Part shown: positions 26,262-35,052 of the stretch, piece by piece | Position numbering within the stretch: position 1 is the first letter of the stretch | Layout: each line of letters opens with the position of its first letter | Origin: a phage | DNA length: 64,000 nt | Strand: one strand, 5' to 3' | Sequence record: PZ445488.1 | Translations under genes and position numbers: made by a program | The notes under the pieces: generated by a model | Seen by the model: only the letters and a program-made list of their open reading frames with translations | Told to the model about the DNA's origin: nothing | The model's database searches: none

Positions 26262-26527
26262 TAGTATTTTTCCTCAGGTCGAAATACTGCACGACACGCC
26301 CACATGCTGGCTTCTTTTAGATGTTGCTTAGCATACTTAAGAGCCTGTACTGCATCCATATCTTCTTTGGTTTGTTGCTCTGTTTCATTTTCTTTCAAGA
26401 TATAGGCTTCTTCAATCAGAGCATCAAACAACAATCCAAGACGGACTTCTGCATCTTTAATAGCGTTCACTTTACCGATTTTATCATCGGTATGCGGCTT
26501 GTAGCCTTTGATGTCTTCAATCGACAT
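26261..26527 (-). CDS. hypothetical protein; positional candidate for T4 vs.4 (Acb2 anti-CBASS sponge)
   Basis: 88 aa from ATG 26527 with GAGGAA SD; helical, acidic; position after regB matches T4 vs.3/vs.4 order from memory; no sequence confirmation. Confidence 0.35.
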   Translation of the reverse strand: MSIEDIKGYKPHTDDKIGKVNAIKDAEVRLGLLFDALIEEAYILKENETEQQTKEDMDAVQALKYAKQHLKEASMWACRAVFRPEEKY

Positions 26528-26741
26528 AAGGAATTTCCTCATCGGTGGCAAGGTCATATTCGACCAATTGGATAGGCTCATTAATACCATATCCACGTAC
26601 AATGATATCAGTTGTCGGATAGTTTCCAGTAATATCACCCATTCTAAATGCTTCAGTGAATGATTGCTCGCCAGAGCAACTAAACCAGGCGGCAAAACAT
26701 TTTAAAACATCTTCAGACCCTTCTATAATCAATTTAGCCAT
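26517..26741 (-). CDS. hypothetical protein
   Basis: 74 aa ORF, ATG start. Confidence 0.4.
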   Translation of the reverse strand: MAKLIIEGSEDVLKCFAAWFSCSGEQSFTEAFRMGDITGNYPTTDIIVRGYGINEPIQLVEYDLATDEEIPYVD

Positions 26742-27103
26742 TATAGGCTCTCAGTAAAGGTACGAGCGATAACGTCGCGCTGCTGTTCCGGAGTCAGAGA
26801 GTTAAAGCGAACTGCATAACCGGATACACGGATGGTCAGCTGAGGATATTTTTCCGGATGCTTAACTGCATCTTCCAGAGTTTCGCGACGCAGAACGTTA
26901 ACGTTCAGGTGTTGACCACCTTCAATTTTAACTTTAGGTTGATGTTCAATTTCAATTTCACGGGCATTCAAACCGTAGAAAATTTCCGGGTCTACAATAG
27001 CGTCTTCTTTAAAAGTCTTAGAGACAATAATCCGGGCTTGAGTACCGTCTTCAAAATAAATAGTGCCTTTGTGTGTGCCTTCAAGAATTTGATATGCTTT
27101 CAT
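26741..27103 (-). CDS. autonomous glycyl-radical cofactor (GrcA/YfiD-like; T4 Y06I-like)
   Basis: 120 aa; C-terminal glycyl-radical motif [27 protein letters not shown]. Confidence 0.8.
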   Translation of the reverse strand: MKAYQILEGTHKGTIYFEDGTQARIIVSKTFKEDAIVDPEIFYGLNAREIEIEHQPKVKIEGGQHLNVNVLRRETLEDAVKHPEKYPQLTIRVSGYAVRFNSLTPEQQRDVIARTFTESL

Positions 27104-27109
27104 ATAACC

Positions 27110-27418
27110 TCAATTAGAAAATAAATTTATCCAAGTTTTTTCTTTAATCAAAAATGGGTCAGAATTAAACGCCATTAAACTTTGAGTGATTAATCCCTTA
27201 AACGGCCCATCAATAAATTCCATTTTGAAATGCGGAATACTAGTCATCAACCGTGCATTAGGAGCAGTACAAAGAACCTGCTGCCCTGCGAACGGACCTT
27301 TAGTCAAACGATATCGTTTAGGTTTAAAATGGTAAATCTCGTAATTTTCTACAAGAGCCCTTTTATTGCATACTGGGCTGTTATAACAATACTCAAAAAC
27401 TTCAATAGTGGTCATCAT
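27110..27418 (-). CDS. hypothetical protein
   Basis: Track start is TTG; in-frame ATGs at 27418/27415. Confidence 0.35.
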   Translation of the reverse strand: MMTTIEVFEYCYNSPVCNKRALVENYEIYHFKPKRYRLTKGPFAGQQVLCTAPNARLMTSIPHFKMEFIDGPFKGLITQSLMAFNSDPFLIKEKTWINLFSN

Positions 27419-27954
27419 TGCATTCCAATCACAAAAAATTGAGGACGAGCAATACCGCCGATGCAATATTTGCTTTTGCAACAGTGTTGGACTGTTTTAA
27501 TATGGACATTGTAAATCTTATCCATATCAGGAGCTTTAATAGGCTCGTCAATTATGTACAGAATACGAGAAAGCGTTAATCCACGGAATTTAGAACCTTC
27601 ATTGCCAATAAAACTACGGACAGAATCAGTAAATAAACGGAATCGAATATCATCGCTAGAATAACGAGAAAATTCTTTTTTAATGTTGCCAGCAGAAATT
27701 TTAGCATAGGCTGAAGTATTAGAAAGAACAATAACTGTTCCACCGTCATACAGCCAATTAACAGCAAAATTAGTTACTGCAGTCGATTTACCTGATTGTC
27801 GGCCGCCGTCTAAACGAAGTGTACAGTACTGCTTGAGTACGTCTTCAAACGGTGGGATATAACCGTTCTTACAAATTTCTTCTACTCTAGCATCAGAATG
27901 GTGTGTAAAAGCATTCATCAGGGATAGATAAGGTCCAGTTAAAAATGTTCTCAT
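27415..27954 (-). CDS. hypothetical P-loop protein
   Basis: 179 aa; GGRQSGKST Walker A-like motif. Confidence 0.5.
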   Translation of the reverse strand: MRTFLTGPYLSLMNAFTHHSDARVEEICKNGYIPPFEDVLKQYCTLRLDGGRQSGKSTAVTNFAVNWLYDGGTVIVLSNTSAYAKISAGNIKKEFSRYSSDDIRFRLFTDSVRSFIGNEGSKFRGLTLSRILYIIDEPIKAPDMDKIYNVHIKTVQHCCKSKYCIGGIARPQFFVIGMQ

Positions 27955-28126
27955 TTAGTTTCTCTTAAGGTTGGGGCCATTCCGTGGCACATGTTAGGTC
28001 CTTCGACTCGCTATGTAAACCCATTACCGCATTGCGCTCGACCTTATTACAGGTTGGAAAAGGTACATCACTTAGAGGACTCGACGTTCATAAGGAGAGG
28101 TTGCGTTTCCCTTTATTAGACAAGAA

Positions 28127-28456
28127 TTATACTCTAGGCTTTTGAGCTTGTTTGGTATTGGATTCCCATGCGGCTTTGGTAATTTTGTTAGCGGCATAGC
28201 CAAAGGCATTAGATAGAACACCTTTAGAGTTGAATACATCCAATCCAATAAGTACACCTGCTGTGTTAAATTTAGGAGCAAAGTATGCATTAGTTTTAGA
28301 AAGAGCTTTTTTCAATTCAGGGTCTTGAACCAAGCCATCAAAAACGCCTTTACTATTTACTTTATATGTTACTTTGGGATTTTTACCTTCTTCGATAGCA
28401 GCTTTCTGTTCAGCAGATAATGTAACTTCAGTGATAAATTCTTGATACATTTTCAT
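28127..28456 (-). CDS. internal-protein-like protein with capsid-targeting N-terminus
   Basis: 109 aa; N-terminus MKMYQEFITEV resembles T4 internal protein CTS MKTYQEFIAE. Confidence 0.55.
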   Translation of the reverse strand: MKMYQEFITEVTLSAEQKAAIEEGKNPKVTYKVNSKGVFDGLVQDPELKKALSKTNAYFAPKFNTAGVLIGLDVFNSKGVLSNAFGYAANKITKAAWESNTKQAQKPRV

Positions 28457-28462
28457 TTTTCC

Positions 28463-28876
28463 TTAGTAAATTGATTTACCATAGTATTTGTACCAAGTCA
28501 GTCGTTGAGCAATTTTTTCATCTAAGCGTGCTTGACTTATCGCAATGGACGCTTCGGAAGGGACATAATTATTACGAAATTCGGCAGGGATGTCGGAAAT
28601 ATCCTGGACTGTCGTGTCCTTGATTTTGAAACCACGTTTCAAGCATTCAGCGATTAGCTCGATTTGTCGTAAACGTAAAAATTCAAGTTTGTCGTAAAAG
28701 AATGTTACGTGACCTGTGCCTAAGATAAATGTTGGAGAGATTTTAAAATCCTTTACACGTTTACCGTTTTGAACATGTTTACGGACTGCACCAAATACGC
28801 GTGGTAATTCACGATACTCAGCCATAAGATGTTGGTCGGTCAGTTCAGAAACAAGTGTTAAATTGATACGGGTCAT
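28463..28876 (-). CDS. denV: endonuclease V (pyrimidine dimer DNA glycosylase) DenV
   Basis: 137 aa from ATG 28876: [35 protein letters not shown]...; near-identical to recalled T4 endonuclease V. Confidence 0.92.
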   Translation of the reverse strand: MTRINLTLVSELTDQHLMAEYRELPRVFGAVRKHVQNGKRVKDFKISPTFILGTGHVTFFYDKLEFLRLRQIELIAECLKRGFKIKDTTVQDISDIPAEFRNNYVPSEASIAISQARLDEKIAQRLTWYKYYGKSIY

Positions 28877-28894
28877 AATTTCCTCCAAGTAGTT

Positions 28895-28933
28895 GATGAA
28901 TGTATAGTATCAAAGTCCTTGGAGGAAGTAAAC
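28895..28933 (-). promoter_or_regulatory. PeSL-like early promoter with stem-loop upstream of denV
   Basis: 9-nt inverted repeat TCCTCCAAG/CTTGGAGGA flanking TATAGTAT; GTTTAC on minus. Confidence 0.5.
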
Positions 28934-28934
28934 A

Positions 28935-29216
28935 CTATTTTTCTGAAGCGCCTGAAATATATTTTTCAAGACGTTGTTTCATTAACGAGCCGTTCTTAGC
29001 GATTTCTTCCGGTTTATCGCACATACGCAACAGTGCTTCAAGCTTAGCGATATCGCTGGTACGTTCAAATTTGCGAGTATCTATCTTACTGGCAAGTTCA
29101 GAAATACGTGCTAATAGACTTTCGGCTTCAACCAAAGCTGCACCTAGCTTAGTTGCAAATGTGTCAGTAGCTTCGTTAAGAATAGATTCTGATAAAAATT
29201 CACTATATGTTTTCAT
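28935..29216 (-). CDS. internal-protein-like protein with capsid-targeting N-terminus
   Basis: Start at ATG 29216 ([16 protein letters not shown]...), ATGA overlap with lysozyme stop. Confidence 0.5.
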   Translation of the reverse strand: MKTYSEFLSESILNEATDTFATKLGAALVEAESLLARISELASKIDTRKFERTSDIAKLEALLRMCDKPEEIAKNGSLMKQRLEKYISGASEK

Positions 29217-29701
29217 ATATACGCTTTCCAAGTTCCTGTTTTAAATGTTGAGATTACGCGTTTCGCGCGATTAGGTGTCTGACGATACCATTTAGATTGG
29301 GCTAGATTTACTGCCGCTTCATCCCAACGTTTCTGTTGAAGCATACGAAGAGAATTAGTAAAACCAGCAACGCCTGCTACACCCATTTGGAAGACCATAT
29401 TGACCAATGCACATCGACGAACTGCATCTAAAGAATCATATACCGGTTTAAGTTTAGCATTACCCAAGATTCCGCGAACGGCTTTATCGACGTCTTCATT
29501 AAATAGCTTTTCAGCCTCATCAAGGGTAATTGTACCGTTGCATTTACGACCGATCATTCTGTCAAGTTCAGCTTTAGCTACGGCTAAAGACGGGTTCTTT
29601 GTTACTAAATGGCCTATGCCAATCGTCCAAAAGCCTTCAGTGTCTTTGTATAAAGTCAGTCTAAGACCTTCGTCATTACGAAGCATTTCAAATATATTCA
29701 T
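29213..29701 (-). CDS. e: endolysin (T4 lysozyme, gene e)
   Basis: 162 aa; [32 protein letters not shown]...; near-identical to T4 lysozyme including catalytic E11/D20/T26 context. Confidence 0.95.
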   Translation of the reverse strand: MNIFEMLRNDEGLRLTLYKDTEGFWTIGIGHLVTKNPSLAVAKAELDRMIGRKCNGTITLDEAEKLFNEDVDKAVRGILGNAKLKPVYDSLDAVRRCALVNMVFQMGVAGVAGFTNSLRMLQQKRWDEAAVNLAQSKWYRQTPNRAKRVISTFKTGTWKAYI

Positions 29702-29729
29702 AATACCTCCTACGTTTATAGGAGGTATT
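29702..29729 (-). promoter_or_regulatory. 11-bp hairpin sequestering the Shine-Dalgarno of gene e
   Basis: AATACCTCCTA-loop-TAGGAGGTATT immediately 5' of the e start codon; SD AGGAGG lies in the 3' arm. Confidence 0.5.
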
Positions 29730-29735
29730 TATTAC

Positions 29736-30194
29736 TTATAGGAGGGTAGTGAGCACCTTATATAATGATTTGCCCATCACATATTCCCATTGAGAAGGTT
29801 TAATTAAAGCGAATGCATCAAATTCAGGAATCTGTCGTCCGTCTGGGAATGTATGATAGGAATTACAAACACTGTTTCTGAATTGCTCGTGCTCTACAGG
29901 GATGGTATATAGGAACAGATGAATATTCTTATTGTCTGAGTAATGATGTTCACCTAGGTCTTTCAGGAAGGCAGGGTCATATTGTGTAAACCCAGTTTCT
30001 TCTTCGCATTCACGAATAGCGGCTTCAATAGGAGATTCGCCAGGTTCGACACGGCCTTTAGGAATATCCCAGCGATGAGCTAATGCACCTTTAGGACGAG
30101 AACCAGTTACACGCCCCATGAATAATTCTTTATCTTCGGTAAGGAAAATAATACCGGCTGATAGCTCTTTCACTTTATTTTTCTTACTCATCAT
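29736..30194 (-). CDS. nudE: Nudix hydrolase NudE
   Basis: 152 aa; Nudix box GRVEPGESPIEAAIRECEEETG; position downstream of e as in T4. Confidence 0.85.
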   Translation of the reverse strand: MMSKKNKVKELSAGIIFLTEDKELFMGRVTGSRPKGALAHRWDIPKGRVEPGESPIEAAIRECEEETGFTQYDPAFLKDLGEHHYSDNKNIHLFLYTIPVEHEQFRNSVCNSYHTFPDGRQIPEFDAFALIKPSQWEYVMGKSLYKVLTTLL

Positions 30195-30435
30195 CTCGGT
30201 CCCATGATTTGGCCATTAATTCGGACATAAATTCTTCAATGCGCGTTTCTTTAGATGGACTTTCACTATTAGAGACCACAAGTTTGTAATCTGCAATAGG
30301 ACAGAACATATCAAGGTCCGTATTAAGGTCGTCTTTGATTTTTTCTTCTGACACATCTTTATCGTATGTGTACAGATAACTATCACATGATTCTGATTTA
30401 ATGTAAATTGCTATACTCATCTCAAATTCCTGCAT
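30184..30435 (-). CDS. hypothetical acidic protein
   Basis: 83 aa ORF, ATG start. Confidence 0.45.
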   Translation of the reverse strand: MQEFEMSIAIYIKSESCDSYLYTYDKDVSEEKIKDDLNTDLDMFCPIADYKLVVSNSESPSKETRIEEFMSELMAKSWDRDDE

Positions 30436-30908
30436 TCGGTAATAAAACGTTCAACTTCATTATTCTTGGCTTTTATCTTGTCTTTATGTTCTTGTAAACC
30501 ACTTTTAATAAGATTAATAATGATGGCGGCGGTACCGCCGCCAATGATGCCACCAACAACACTTACGATACTAGATGCTAATAAGATAGCAATAATATCA
30601 ACAAAACCGAAAGAACTCACCTTAGTACTGAAAAACCATACCGACGGTACAAATATAATCCATCCTGTTATCCATTGGCACTTATTGAAAAACTTTTCAA
30701 GCTCAGCTTGAGTTGTTCGTATTACTTCATCGATAGGTTGATATCCATTAATGTATCTGTTCACGATAATACCTGCTGGCTGGTCGATTTTAAATTCTTG
30801 GCAAATACGTTTCACTAAGTAGGATGGACATCCTGTCCAATCCACTGAATAGTACGAAATACCTTCGTTGCCATCGTCTATATTAGACCAATATGTTTTG
30901 TTAATCAT
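30417..30908 (-). CDS. hypothetical membrane protein, C-terminal E-x-F-I-x-E-C-R motif family
   Basis: 163 aa; hydrophobic core; ends ...VERFITECRNLR. Confidence 0.5.
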   Translation of the reverse strand: MINKTYWSNIDDGNEGISYYSVDWTGCPSYLVKRICQEFKIDQPAGIIVNRYINGYQPIDEVIRTTQAELEKFFNKCQWITGWIIFVPSVWFFSTKVSSFGFVDIIAILLASSIVSVVGGIIGGGTAAIIINLIKSGLQEHKDKIKAKNNEVERFITECRNLR

Positions 30909-31594
30909 TACCAGCCTTCCATAGGGAATTCCAGATAAACTTGAGCATTGACACGAATTTCATTGGTAATCTTTTTAACTCGGTCTGTATTACGAGATAC
31001 ACGTCCGAACCAACGCCATCCGTTACTAGTTGCACGAGAACCAGTGTGCCATGTTTGCCAATCAAACTGAAGAAGAGTACGATCTGGAGCTTCCCATTTC
31101 TCTAGTTCGCCTTTTTCGATTTTTTCGAGGACTTCTTTGTGCCACTGGCGATAGATAAGTTCGCCATCAGGAATCTGACTGAACTCTGCAGTTCCTGTTG
31201 CAAAATGAGTAGGACACACATCAGCGTTAACAAGACCAAGAATATGTTCAGACAAATAGCGAGGATTGTCATAGTCAGGTTGTCCTGCAGTAATAAAATG
31301 TTGACCAACCGGAATATCCGGGCGTGGTACGTCATCATGGTGATAACCAGGAATAGCAGGATACCAACCAGGCATCAGCATATGGACTCGTGAATCAAAT
31401 ACTACATCTGAGTCTTTCCAATCGTCAGGGAGATTTTGGATAAAGCTACGAGTAATTGGACCGCCGTTATCAAAAGCAAAATTCAAATCGCAATTAAAGA
31501 ACATAGGCTCGTTTTTAATCTGGTCATTTTTAATCGCATGAGCAAAACCACCTACTGCACGAGCTTGACTATTAAACACTTTAGAACTATTCAT
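30908..31594 (-). CDS. hypothetical protein
   Basis: 228 aa; Trp/His-rich; no confident domain assignment. Confidence 0.5.
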   Translation of the reverse strand: MNSSKVFNSQARAVGGFAHAIKNDQIKNEPMFFNCDLNFAFDNGGPITRSFIQNLPDDWKDSDVVFDSRVHMLMPGWYPAIPGYHHDDVPRPDIPVGQHFITAGQPDYDNPRYLSEHILGLVNADVCPTHFATGTAEFSQIPDGELIYRQWHKEVLEKIEKGELEKWEAPDRTLLQFDWQTWHTGSRATSNGWRWFGRVSRNTDRVKKITNEIRVNAQVYLEFPMEGW

Positions 31595-31595
31595 A

Positions 31596-31901
31596 TTATT
31601 TTCCTCGACATTCTTTAATGAAATTTTCTAGATTGGTAGATTCAATAGCTTTTTTACGAGCTTCTGCGTGTTCTTCTTCAGACAATTTACATTTATAATT
31701 GACCCAGACGTTATGGTCGAAACTAGTCGTGGCATATAATAACAATGCTCCAACGAATAGCAAAAACGGCGATAAGAATACAAAACCAGGAACACCATCC
31801 ATACTGTAAGCCTTTTGTAATACTGCAACAGAAAGAGCTGCGTAAAAAAGTGATACAAATATTGTTAAAAGACCAATTCGGTTGGTTTCGCCTAATTTCA
31901 T
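31596..31901 (-). CDS. hypothetical membrane protein, C-terminal E-x-F-I-x-E-C-R motif family
   Basis: 101 aa; two hydrophobic helices; ends ...LENFIKECRGK. Confidence 0.5.
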   Translation of the reverse strand: MKLGETNRIGLLTIFVSLFYAALSVAVLQKAYSMDGVPGFVFLSPFLLFVGALLLYATTSFDHNVWVNYKCKLSEEEHAEARKKAIESTNLENFIKECRGK

Positions 31902-31922
31902 AATATTCTCCTCATGTTTTAA

Positions 31923-31958
31923 TAGGACTACTATAACATAGTCCTATCAGTTTGTACA
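31923..31958 (-). promoter_or_regulatory. PeSL-like early promoter with stem-loop
   Basis: TAGGACTACTATAACATAGTCCTA inverted repeat around -10-like element. Confidence 0.45.
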
Positions 31959-31959
31959 C

Positions 31960-32160
31960 TTATTTTGACATTTCTTCGATGTCACGACGATACCCATCAC
32001 GAACTTCACGAAGAGCTTCAAGGCCACACATAGGCTCGATACCAGTAATGTGAACTTGATTAATCTGATACTCTACATCTTCTAACTGAGCGAAAACATA
32101 ACGACGTTCTGCTGCACAACCAGGTTTAGCTTTACCGAAACGTTTATTCAAAGTAGTCAT
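31960..32160 (-). CDS. hypothetical protein
   Basis: Track start is GTG; in-frame ATG at 32160 with GGAG SD. Confidence 0.4.
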   Translation of the reverse strand: MTTLNKRFGKAKPGCAAERRYVFAQLEDVEYQINQVHITGIEPMCGLEALREVRDGYRRDIEEMSK

Positions 32161-32189
32161 TTTTATATCTCCATTCACTCATTTGTTTT

Positions 32190-32228
32190 GATAGGTCTAT
32201 AGTATCAACAACTACAGACCTTGTAAAC
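32190..32228 (-). promoter_or_regulatory. PeSL-like early promoter with stem-loop
   Basis: GATAGGTCTATAGTATCAACAACTACAGACCTTGTAAAC on plus. Confidence 0.5.
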
Positions 32229-32240
32229 TGTTTTGTGAAA

Positions 32241-33197
32241 TTATTTGAAAGGTTTTACCATATGAAAGTTTTGTTTGAAACGCTTGACGTAATCGTCGTG
32301 TCCTAAGCTTTGGTACATACTTACTACTTTGCTATAATTTTCCCAAGCGAACTCACGGAACCATCCTGATGTGATTGATGTACAGACCTTTTCAAGGGCC
32401 ATCATAAAACTATCACGTGGATGGATTTCAAAGTTATTAGGAATCTGAGAACGTTCTAACGCTAGTACACATGATTCTTCGTATACGCCGGCCAATTTGA
32501 CCATTTCTGGTAATGATTCGAACTTCTCGCGTGAGGTCATGACTTCAGAACCATCTTTCATATAAAATGTATACGCTGGACGGTCTGTTAGTGCAATGGC
32601 TTCATGAATAGTATCATGGTCATATGTATAGATGTCATCTTTAAAGAACGCACTTTTAGAAGTGTCAAGAACTGGGTGAGCATAATTCAAGGTTTCTTTC
32701 TGGCGTTTCAGCATAATTTCAGTAAGTTCATCGTTCAGTGTAACACCTTTACCACGAAGATACTGAATATGGTTCATAGTCTTTAAAAAGAATGGATTAT
32801 TTTTCTTGAAACGATGAGACATCTTAATTGCAAGACATATCTCAGGAGTTGCCCAGTAAAACCCGTTCAAACGGTCTTTAGTCAAATTTTTCTTGGCGTA
32901 TTTTAAAAGGTCATAAGAAGACGTGAAATCTTCAGGAGTGAGTTCACCGACTAGTTCGCGAACGTTAGTGATAGCCGGAACGATGTATGCTTCAAAATGA
33001 GTTTCGCGTCCATTATGGAAGCATTTGAAAACTTGGACATCAGGGTTATCTTGGTGAACATATACACCCATCATTTGATTTTTGAATGCATTCCAAGAAC
33101 CTTGGTCCGCAATAAAGTCCCAATCACTATTTTTAATAGCGCTAGAATCAATAAGACCGTGATAGTGAAGTGCACGAGAACCAATAACTAACATCAT
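32241..33197 (-). CDS. hypothetical protein with weak nucleotidyltransferase-like N-terminal motif
   Basis: 318 aa; IGSRALHYHG...SDWDF loosely fits GS...DxD pattern; low confidence in the domain. Confidence 0.5.
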   Translation of the reverse strand: MMLVIGSRALHYHGLIDSSAIKNSDWDFIADQGSWNAFKNQMMGVYVHQDNPDVQVFKCFHNGRETHFEAYIVPAITNVRELVGELTPEDFTSSYDLLKYAKKNLTKDRLNGFYWATPEICLAIKMSHRFKKNNPFFLKTMNHIQYLRGKGVTLNDELTEIMLKRQKETLNYAHPVLDTSKSAFFKDDIYTYDHDTIHEAIALTDRPAYTFYMKDGSEVMTSREKFESLPEMVKLAGVYEESCVLALERSQIPNNFEIHPRDSFMMALEKVCTSITSGWFREFAWENYSKVVSMYQSLGHDDYVKRFKQNFHMVKPFK

Positions 33198-33225
33198 AAT
33201 ATTTTCCTCGGATTAATTCATTAAC

Positions 33226-33477
33226 TTAAATTTCGCGACATGCGATATTATATTCATCCCAGAGGTCGTCATGTGAAGCCTCTACCAATGGAACGATTGT
33301 GCCGTTTATGTCTTCATTATAAGGGCAAATTGTACAGTGCGCATCTTCGAATCGGATGTCTTTGTGTTCAGATTTTTTATAACGCATATCGAATATCTTT
33401 GCAAACTTTTCACGAGTAATAGTTTTAGCAACTACTTCGGTTCCGATACTTTCGTAATAAATCATTGTGGACTCCAT
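33226..33477 (-). CDS. hypothetical protein
   Basis: 83 aa ORF, ATG start. Confidence 0.45.
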   Translation of the reverse strand: MESTMIYYESIGTEVVAKTITREKFAKIFDMRYKKSEHKDIRFEDAHCTICPYNEDINGTIVPLVEASHDDLWDEYNIACREI

Positions 33478-33484
33478 TTGTTTT

Positions 33485-33523
33485 GATAGGACTACTATAA
33501 CATAGCCCTATCTTGTTGTAAAC
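33485..33523 (-). promoter_or_regulatory. PeSL-like early promoter with stem-loop
   Basis: GATAGGACTACTATAACATAGCCCTATC...GTAAAC on plus. Confidence 0.5.
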
Positions 33524-33527
33524 TGTT

Positions 33528-33725
33528 TTAGCAAGAATAACTAGATGATACCCAGCCTTGAACAGTGATACTATTGTGGGATAATGAGATCGCGTCCTGG
33601 AGATTCAGACCTGCGTTATCTTCAATCCACAATGTAACTTCTTCACGCTCTTCGGTTGCAATCTGGAACAGGTTTTCCAGGGCAGCTACTGCCGTACGTA
33701 CAGCACAATCTAATTCACGAGACAT
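33528..33725 (-). CDS. small protein, C-terminal GWVSSSxxC family, paralog 1
   Basis: 65 aa ending ...VQGWVSSSYSC. Confidence 0.5.
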   Translation of the reverse strand: MSRELDCAVRTAVAALENLFQIATEEREEVTLWIEDNAGLNLQDAISLSHNSITVQGWVSSSYSC

Positions 33726-33734
33726 ATGATTTCC

Positions 33735-34007
33735 TTAACAAGTGTGAGAAGATGCAACCCAACCACCATCTTCAAGGCTCAGGTTGTAGTCGTATTGGTA
33801 AACGTCAGCCCATTCAGCCTGGCCGTTTTTTGTACAACGTTCAAGATCGGCTTTAAGATGTCCGGGTGAATGATAGGTTCCACCCATGCCATAAGCTGGA
33901 TACAAGTTGAATGTTGTGTTTTGTTTATCAGCAATTTCTTTGGCAGCCTCAATAGCTGCATAGATTTTTGCTACAGCTTCAGCCAGTTCGGTTTGTTCTT
34001 TAGACAT
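33735..34007 (-). CDS. small protein, C-terminal GWVSSSxxC family, paralog 2
   Basis: 90 aa ending ...DGGWVASSHTC; shares YxxGxGxTY motif with paralog 3. Confidence 0.5.
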   Translation of the reverse strand: MSKEQTELAEAVAKIYAAIEAAKEIADKQNTTFNLYPAYGMGGTYHSPGHLKADLERCTKNGQAEWADVYQYDYNLSLEDGGWVASSHTC

Positions 34008-34016
34008 AATGATTCC

Positions 34017-34322
34017 TTAGCACAACGCAGAAGACGAAACCCAAGCACCTTCAGTAATAACGTATCCATTACCTTCACGCTTAACATCGCCGCCATTATT
34101 TTCAATTTCATCTTTCATCCACTGGGATACGATTTCACCCTTAGGATAATAAGTACGACCGCTACCATAATCACCTACAGAAAATGATACGGCATATTGG
34201 TCTGCGATCTTTGTTGCTTCTTCTTCGATACGTTCAGCTTGATTCAGAAGTTTATAAATTGCATCTGAAGCGGATTTGGCATCATTAAACTCTGGTACTT
34301 TAATTTCAATAATCTTACTCAT
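34017..34322 (-). CDS. small protein, C-terminal GWVSSSxxC family, paralog 3
   Basis: 101 aa ending ...EGAWVSSSALC. Confidence 0.5.
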   Translation of the reverse strand: MSKIIEIKVPEFNDAKSASDAIYKLLNQAERIEEEATKIADQYAVSFSVGDYGSGRTYYPKGEIVSQWMKDEIENNGGDVKREGNGYVITEGAWVSSSALC

Positions 34323-34678
34323 TTTCTACATTCCTTAATAAAGTTTTCGATTGTTTCATTTTCACGTCTAGCTAGGAGTTCATTATAACTAATCATTTGA
34401 GAAGCGTAAACCTTTTTATTTTTCTTGTTGTGGTTTATAAAATCGTAGTAAAAATAGACTACAGTAAAAAATGATGCGATGGATGCAAAGGCTTGGGTAT
34501 ACCGTAAGTCCTGCCATTGGTCTGTGAATCCACCAGTGTTCCCTATAAATCCTAACACAACGCCGTCAATAAGAAATCCAACTAATCCAAAGGCAAATCC
34601 CATGCCAATACTCATAATAAAAATTAGAATGTTCTCACCAAGAGAAGGCCATACGGTTAAGAGTTGAGGCTTTTGCAT
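34319..34678 (-). CDS. hypothetical membrane protein, C-terminal E-x-F-I-x-E-C-R motif family
   Basis: 119 aa; hydrophobic; ends ...IENFIKECRK. Confidence 0.5.
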   Translation of the reverse strand: MQKPQLLTVWPSLGENILIFIMSIGMGFAFGLVGFLIDGVVLGFIGNTGGFTDQWQDLRYTQAFASIASFFTVVYFYYDFINHNKKNKKVYASQMISYNELLARRENETIENFIKECRK

Positions 34679-35052
34679 CTTATTTCCTTAACGAATTCCA
34701 TAGCTTCTTCATATTCATACTTTTTAACAGCTTCATCATACTGAGCTTGGGCTTTTGCGCACTGAACTTTCCATTCTCTTAATCGGGCTCTGTGATGACG
34801 TCCTTGGTACCAATATCCCATCCAGTTAATAGGCATTAATAAAAACGGTACAATAAGTGGTGCGACGAACATTAATGAAAATGCTGCATCGGACGATATA
34901 ACTTCACTAGAATCTAAAACGGCTCCTATAATCATAAAGATTAAAAATGCTAAAGCTAAAATAGGGCCAAATAGTACTTCATTTGGGATTAATTTACGCT
35001 TGTATTCATACGCCCAGGGCTTACTTGGCATGTACAGGGTTGGCTTTGACAT
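34657..35052 (-). CDS. hypothetical membrane protein (start uncertain)
   Basis: Start placed at ATG 35052 inside the C-terminal codons of the upstream gene; ends ...EFVKEIRCKSLNS. Confidence 0.4.
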   Translation of the reverse strand: MSKPTLYMPSKPWAYEYKRKLIPNEVLFGPILALAFLIFMIIGAVLDSSEVISSDAAFSLMFVAPLIVPFLLMPINWMGYWYQGRHHRARLREWKVQCAKAQAQYDEAVKKYEYEEAMEFVKEIRCKSLNS

